A stretch of DNA of 64,000 bases from Curvularia clavata (taxonomy: Eukaryota): assembly GCA_023920165.1 (NCBI GenBank), contig CP089275.1, positions 310,001-374,000 on the forward strand, written 5' to 3'. Made by a program: the position numbers and the translations under genes. Positions 60,481 through 64,000 of the stretch are shown piece by piece. The stretch's first letter is position 1. The number at the start of each line of letters is the position of its first letter. A model generated the notes under the pieces. The model was given only the letters and a program-made list of their open reading frames with translations, searched no databases and had not been told where the DNA came from.

Positions 60481-61353
60481 GGTTCGGTTGGGTACCTTGA
60501 CTCTATGGGTGGCTAACAGTCTTTGGGTTTGTAATTTTCGTTTTCTTTGGGGTCTAAAGTATGTTTGATATGATGCTGTGCCACTAATTCTGCTCAAGTT
60601 AGAATGGCTAGAGTATCCTTTAATTATTGTAGCTAGGGTAAAAGCGATTCCTTTCCATACCGTACTTGGATAGGAAGTTCTTATGTTAGTAAGATAATAC
60701 AGTTTCAAACTGAAGATACACATTACGCAGATGGGTCTCAAAAGCACCTCCGTATAAAGCGAGATTATGGGTAGTTTGTAGGAATCAAATCATTTGTGGC
60801 CTCCTTGACTTCAGCCAGCACATATCTGAAAAAAAAAAAACGAGCCTTGTTCCAATATTATCATGGTATACCGCCACTCCCCTACCCTGAGACAGTACTC
60901 GTGGATGTTTTTAATCATGCTTATGTTAAGAGCTCTCATGAATTTCCTGTCGCCAGAGCTACCGGCCATCTAGAAAGAAATTGATTATCAATATCCCGGC
61001 AAACTATGTATATTCCTGTGATCATAACAAACCTTCCTATTATTATTATTTTTATTTTGCGATAGTACCTCCATTTAAGTTTAGAATGCCTTTCTTCTGC
61101 TTGTTCGTGATTCTAAGACTTCTTAGTCCGTCAATAGACCGACAAGCTTTCAGCATCCATTACTGTTGAATACCTCTTCATTCATACTAAACTAGTCTCG
61201 GCTATCTTCTGATATCCCTAGCTCCCCCACGCTACATACGTCCACAGCGCGTTGTTGCGTAGTGTGCGCACGGCCGCAGAAAGCCAACGACCCCACCAAA
61301 CCCGCCGGTGGGTTTTGTGAACATGCAGATCCAGACAACTGCCAAAGCCAAAT

Positions 61354-62899
61354 ATGGCGCCCTCCATGCCTTCAGCGCTTACTTTTGAGCTGCTAGGAAA
61401 ATGCTCGGTATGTGTCGCAGTGAGAAGAAATTGTGGACCAACGATTGACAAGTCCAGGTCACTAGAGCGCGCGCTGCGACTCTCCACCTCCCTCATGGCC
61501 CTGTGCCCCTCCCCATCTTTATGCCGGTTGCGACCCAGGCTTCGCTCAAAGGCCTTACACCAGACCAACTTGAGGACCAGGGCTGTCGCCTCTGTCTAAA
61601 CAATACATATCATTTGTACGGCAAACAAGACAACCCAATTCATCCTCCCAGAAACTAATATGTGGGAGAGGTCTCAAGCCAGGACAGGCAACCCTCGATG
61701 CGATAGGCGGCGCGCACAAGCTCCAGTCATGGCCACATAATATTCTCACAGGTGCCAGCCGCAAGCCAATGCAAACAAGAGACATGTGGAGATGCTGACT
61801 GGTGCAGATAGTGGTGGGTGGGTGGAGATCCCAACTTGATTGCAGCGTGCTCTGAGACTGACGCAAACGCCAGTTTCCAGATGGTATCGCTCCTTAAGCT
61901 TGCCAAAGTGACAGAAGAAGGAGTGCGATTTCTTAGTCCCCACGATGGATCGCCAATGCTGCTCACCCCCGAACACTCCATCTCGCTTCAAAATTCCATT
62001 GGTAGCGATATCATAATGCAGCTCGACGACGTGATTGTAACTACGTCGCCGGATCATGCGCGCATGAAGGAGGCTATGGAGCGCTCGGTGCGTTGGCTCG
62101 ACCGATGCATTCAGGCACACAAGTACCCCGAGAGGCAGAACCTTTTCTGTATCATACAAGGAGGCCTGGATCTGGAGATGCGGAGAGAGTGCACCGCCGA
62201 AATGGTCGCACGAGACACTCCTGGTATTGCGATCGGAGGTCTGTCTGGCGGAGAAGAGAAGGACTCGTACTGCAAGGTTGTCAAGACATGCACGGAGCTG
62301 CTTCCTGAGAAGAAGCCGCGATATGTCATGGGTGTTGTATGCTGCCTTGTTTGACCCGGTTGAATCAACTTACTGACCACCGTAGGGCTACCCGGAGGAC
62401 CTTGTAGTCTCTGTAGCACTTGGTGCAGATATGTTTGACTGCGTGTGGCCAACGCGAACCGCTGTACGCCATTCTCCCCTTTATCCTTTCTACTGCATCA
62501 CTAACCACCACCCAGCGCTTCGGTAACGCCATCACATCCCGTGGCTCCCTGAACCTGCGCAATGCCATCTACTCTGAAGATTTTGGCCCCATTGAAGAGG
62601 GCTGCACCTGCACTTGCTGTCGTCCCACATCAGCGGGTGGTCTGGGCATCACGCGTGCCTATATCTACCATGTTACGGCAAAGGAGACGGCCGGTGCACA
62701 TCTCCTTACCATGCACAATGTACACTATCAGCTGAGCTTGATGAAGCGTGCGAGAGAGGCCATTCTTGCGGATAGATACCCGCAGTTTCTAAAGGAGTTT
62801 TTCAACGACCTCTATGATGGAGATAAGGAGAAATATCCCAAGTGGGCGGTCGATGCACTGAGAGGTGTTAATGTTGATCTTCTCAGTGATGAAGCTTAG
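61354..62899 (+). CDS. QTRT1: Queuine tRNA-ribosyltransferase catalytic subunit; exons 61354-61407, 61458-61615, 61669-61751, 61808-61817, 61874-62336, 62386-62463, 62516-62899
   Basis: FMPVATQ, NNTYHL, TDSGGFQM (needs the 10-nt exon), [36 protein letters not shown], and CTCTCC plus HN zinc site. Confidence 0.93.
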
Positions 62900-63637
62900 G
62901 GTTTGGTTGATTGGGACTATATAGAGTTGGTGGTAGAGAAAGCTATATCGACCAATTTGACCTATCCTTTTTCGCACATGCGGCTCATCTTGGGCACTTC
63001 TCTTAAGAAGACTTACCAACACATCATCTTAGATGATGTCCAGCCCGAAAAGAGAAGTAACTGCAATGTCTGCGTGTAGGCTACAAGTAGACCTTGGGAT
63101 GTTTACGGCCCTTACTAACAGGGTTGCAAGAGCTTAAATCTATTAGCTCTCCTTTCTCTAAAATGGGCTGGGGTGATTCAATCCCATAAGAGCATGGCGG
63201 TGTGACTCGACGAGGTGTATCGATAGATGTGTTGCTATCATCGACCGTAGACGGTCACCTCGGTGTTCTGATTGGCGTGTCAGGACAGACGGCAGCTGCG
63301 GAACGGTTAGGTCTCAAAGTCCTTATTCATTGGCTTCCCGAACTGACAAAAGGCGGTATTTCCAAACCAGAGGTGGTTGTTGAGGTTCGGTATATAAGAG
63401 TTTCTAGAGGTAAGGCAGTGTCTGGTACCGATTACCAGTCGACAACTGCATCATCGCGAGTGGACGTGAGTTGATTGTGGTCCCACGTTTGCAATGAGGA
63501 CACGCAGCGCCTATAAAAGGATCGTTCTCGCAACTCTACCATCCGTTCAGCTATACAACAGCATAGCCATCACTTCTATGAAGCAACCCAACTCTGACCC
63601 CATCCAACCCCTTTACTAAAGCACCACGATCCAGAAA

Positions 63638-64000
63638 ATGGGTTAGTAAAAAACAAAATCCCCAACAGACATTAAAGCCAGAACCTAACCCACCAAGAAC
63701 TCTTCTTCCTCCTCCCGCTCTCCCTCCTCCTCACTACCGCCCTTGCCCTCGACAAACCCAGACCCCGCCCCGCTTACTCCCGCAAACCCTTGGAATCCCA
63801 ACCCTTCCCCACCCGCTTCATCTTCAAAGGCGAAATCCTCAACTCATTTAACGACCTCGAATTTGAGAAACGCTTAATCGCAGCGACCACGCAGGCGCAA
63901 TGCCACAATATGGGTGGCTGGGCATGGAAGGGATGGTGGTACCGAAGAAAGTTTTCCTTCTCATGCGAGTGTGCAAGTAATTGGGAGCCAGAGTTTACTA
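63638..64000 (+). CDS. Putative small secreted protein, truncated by the window edge; exons 63638-63641, 63698->64000
   Basis: TATAAAA at ~63512; ATGG|GTTAGT...CTAAC...AAG intron gives MELFFLLPLSLLLTTALA (signal peptide), and the frame stays open to the edge with 3 Cys. Confidence 0.65.

Overview
Gene-dense eukaryotic DNA with short GT-AG introns, from a filamentous ascomycete (probably Pleosporales-like Dothideomycete; inference from gene style). I reconstructed about 22 protein-coding genes by hand, joining exons across the ORF track. They include MRP51, an Rtr1/RPAP2 phosphatase, SH3 protein BBC1, a DHA1 MFS transporter, a secreted class II peroxidase, a metallophosphoesterase-fold protein, a double GFA protein, EMC4, AP-2 beta, DUF1774, HOS3, RPS17, a Ca2+/H+ exchanger, aminopeptidase Y, a HET-NACHT-ankyrin NLR, an FAD monooxygenase and queuine tRNA-ribosyltransferase. 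There are also several hypotheticals, a truncated small secreted protein and a decayed FAD-oxidase pseudogene. The main leads are: (1) the NLR lies inside a 4.75 kb segment bounded by degenerate inverted repeats with no transposase, has a long hairpin just after its stop, and has shuffled 99-bp ankyrin units; (2) HOS3 ends at a TAG that sits where a Trp would complete a D-I-W-E-I-P-D-T-P tail; (3) the metallophosphoesterase has lost nearly all its metal ligands; (4) there are micro-exons in TGT and BBC1; (5) the first RPS17 intron folds into a long hairpin. No tRNA, rRNA or CRISPR was seen. All family calls come from motif recognition, not database searches.
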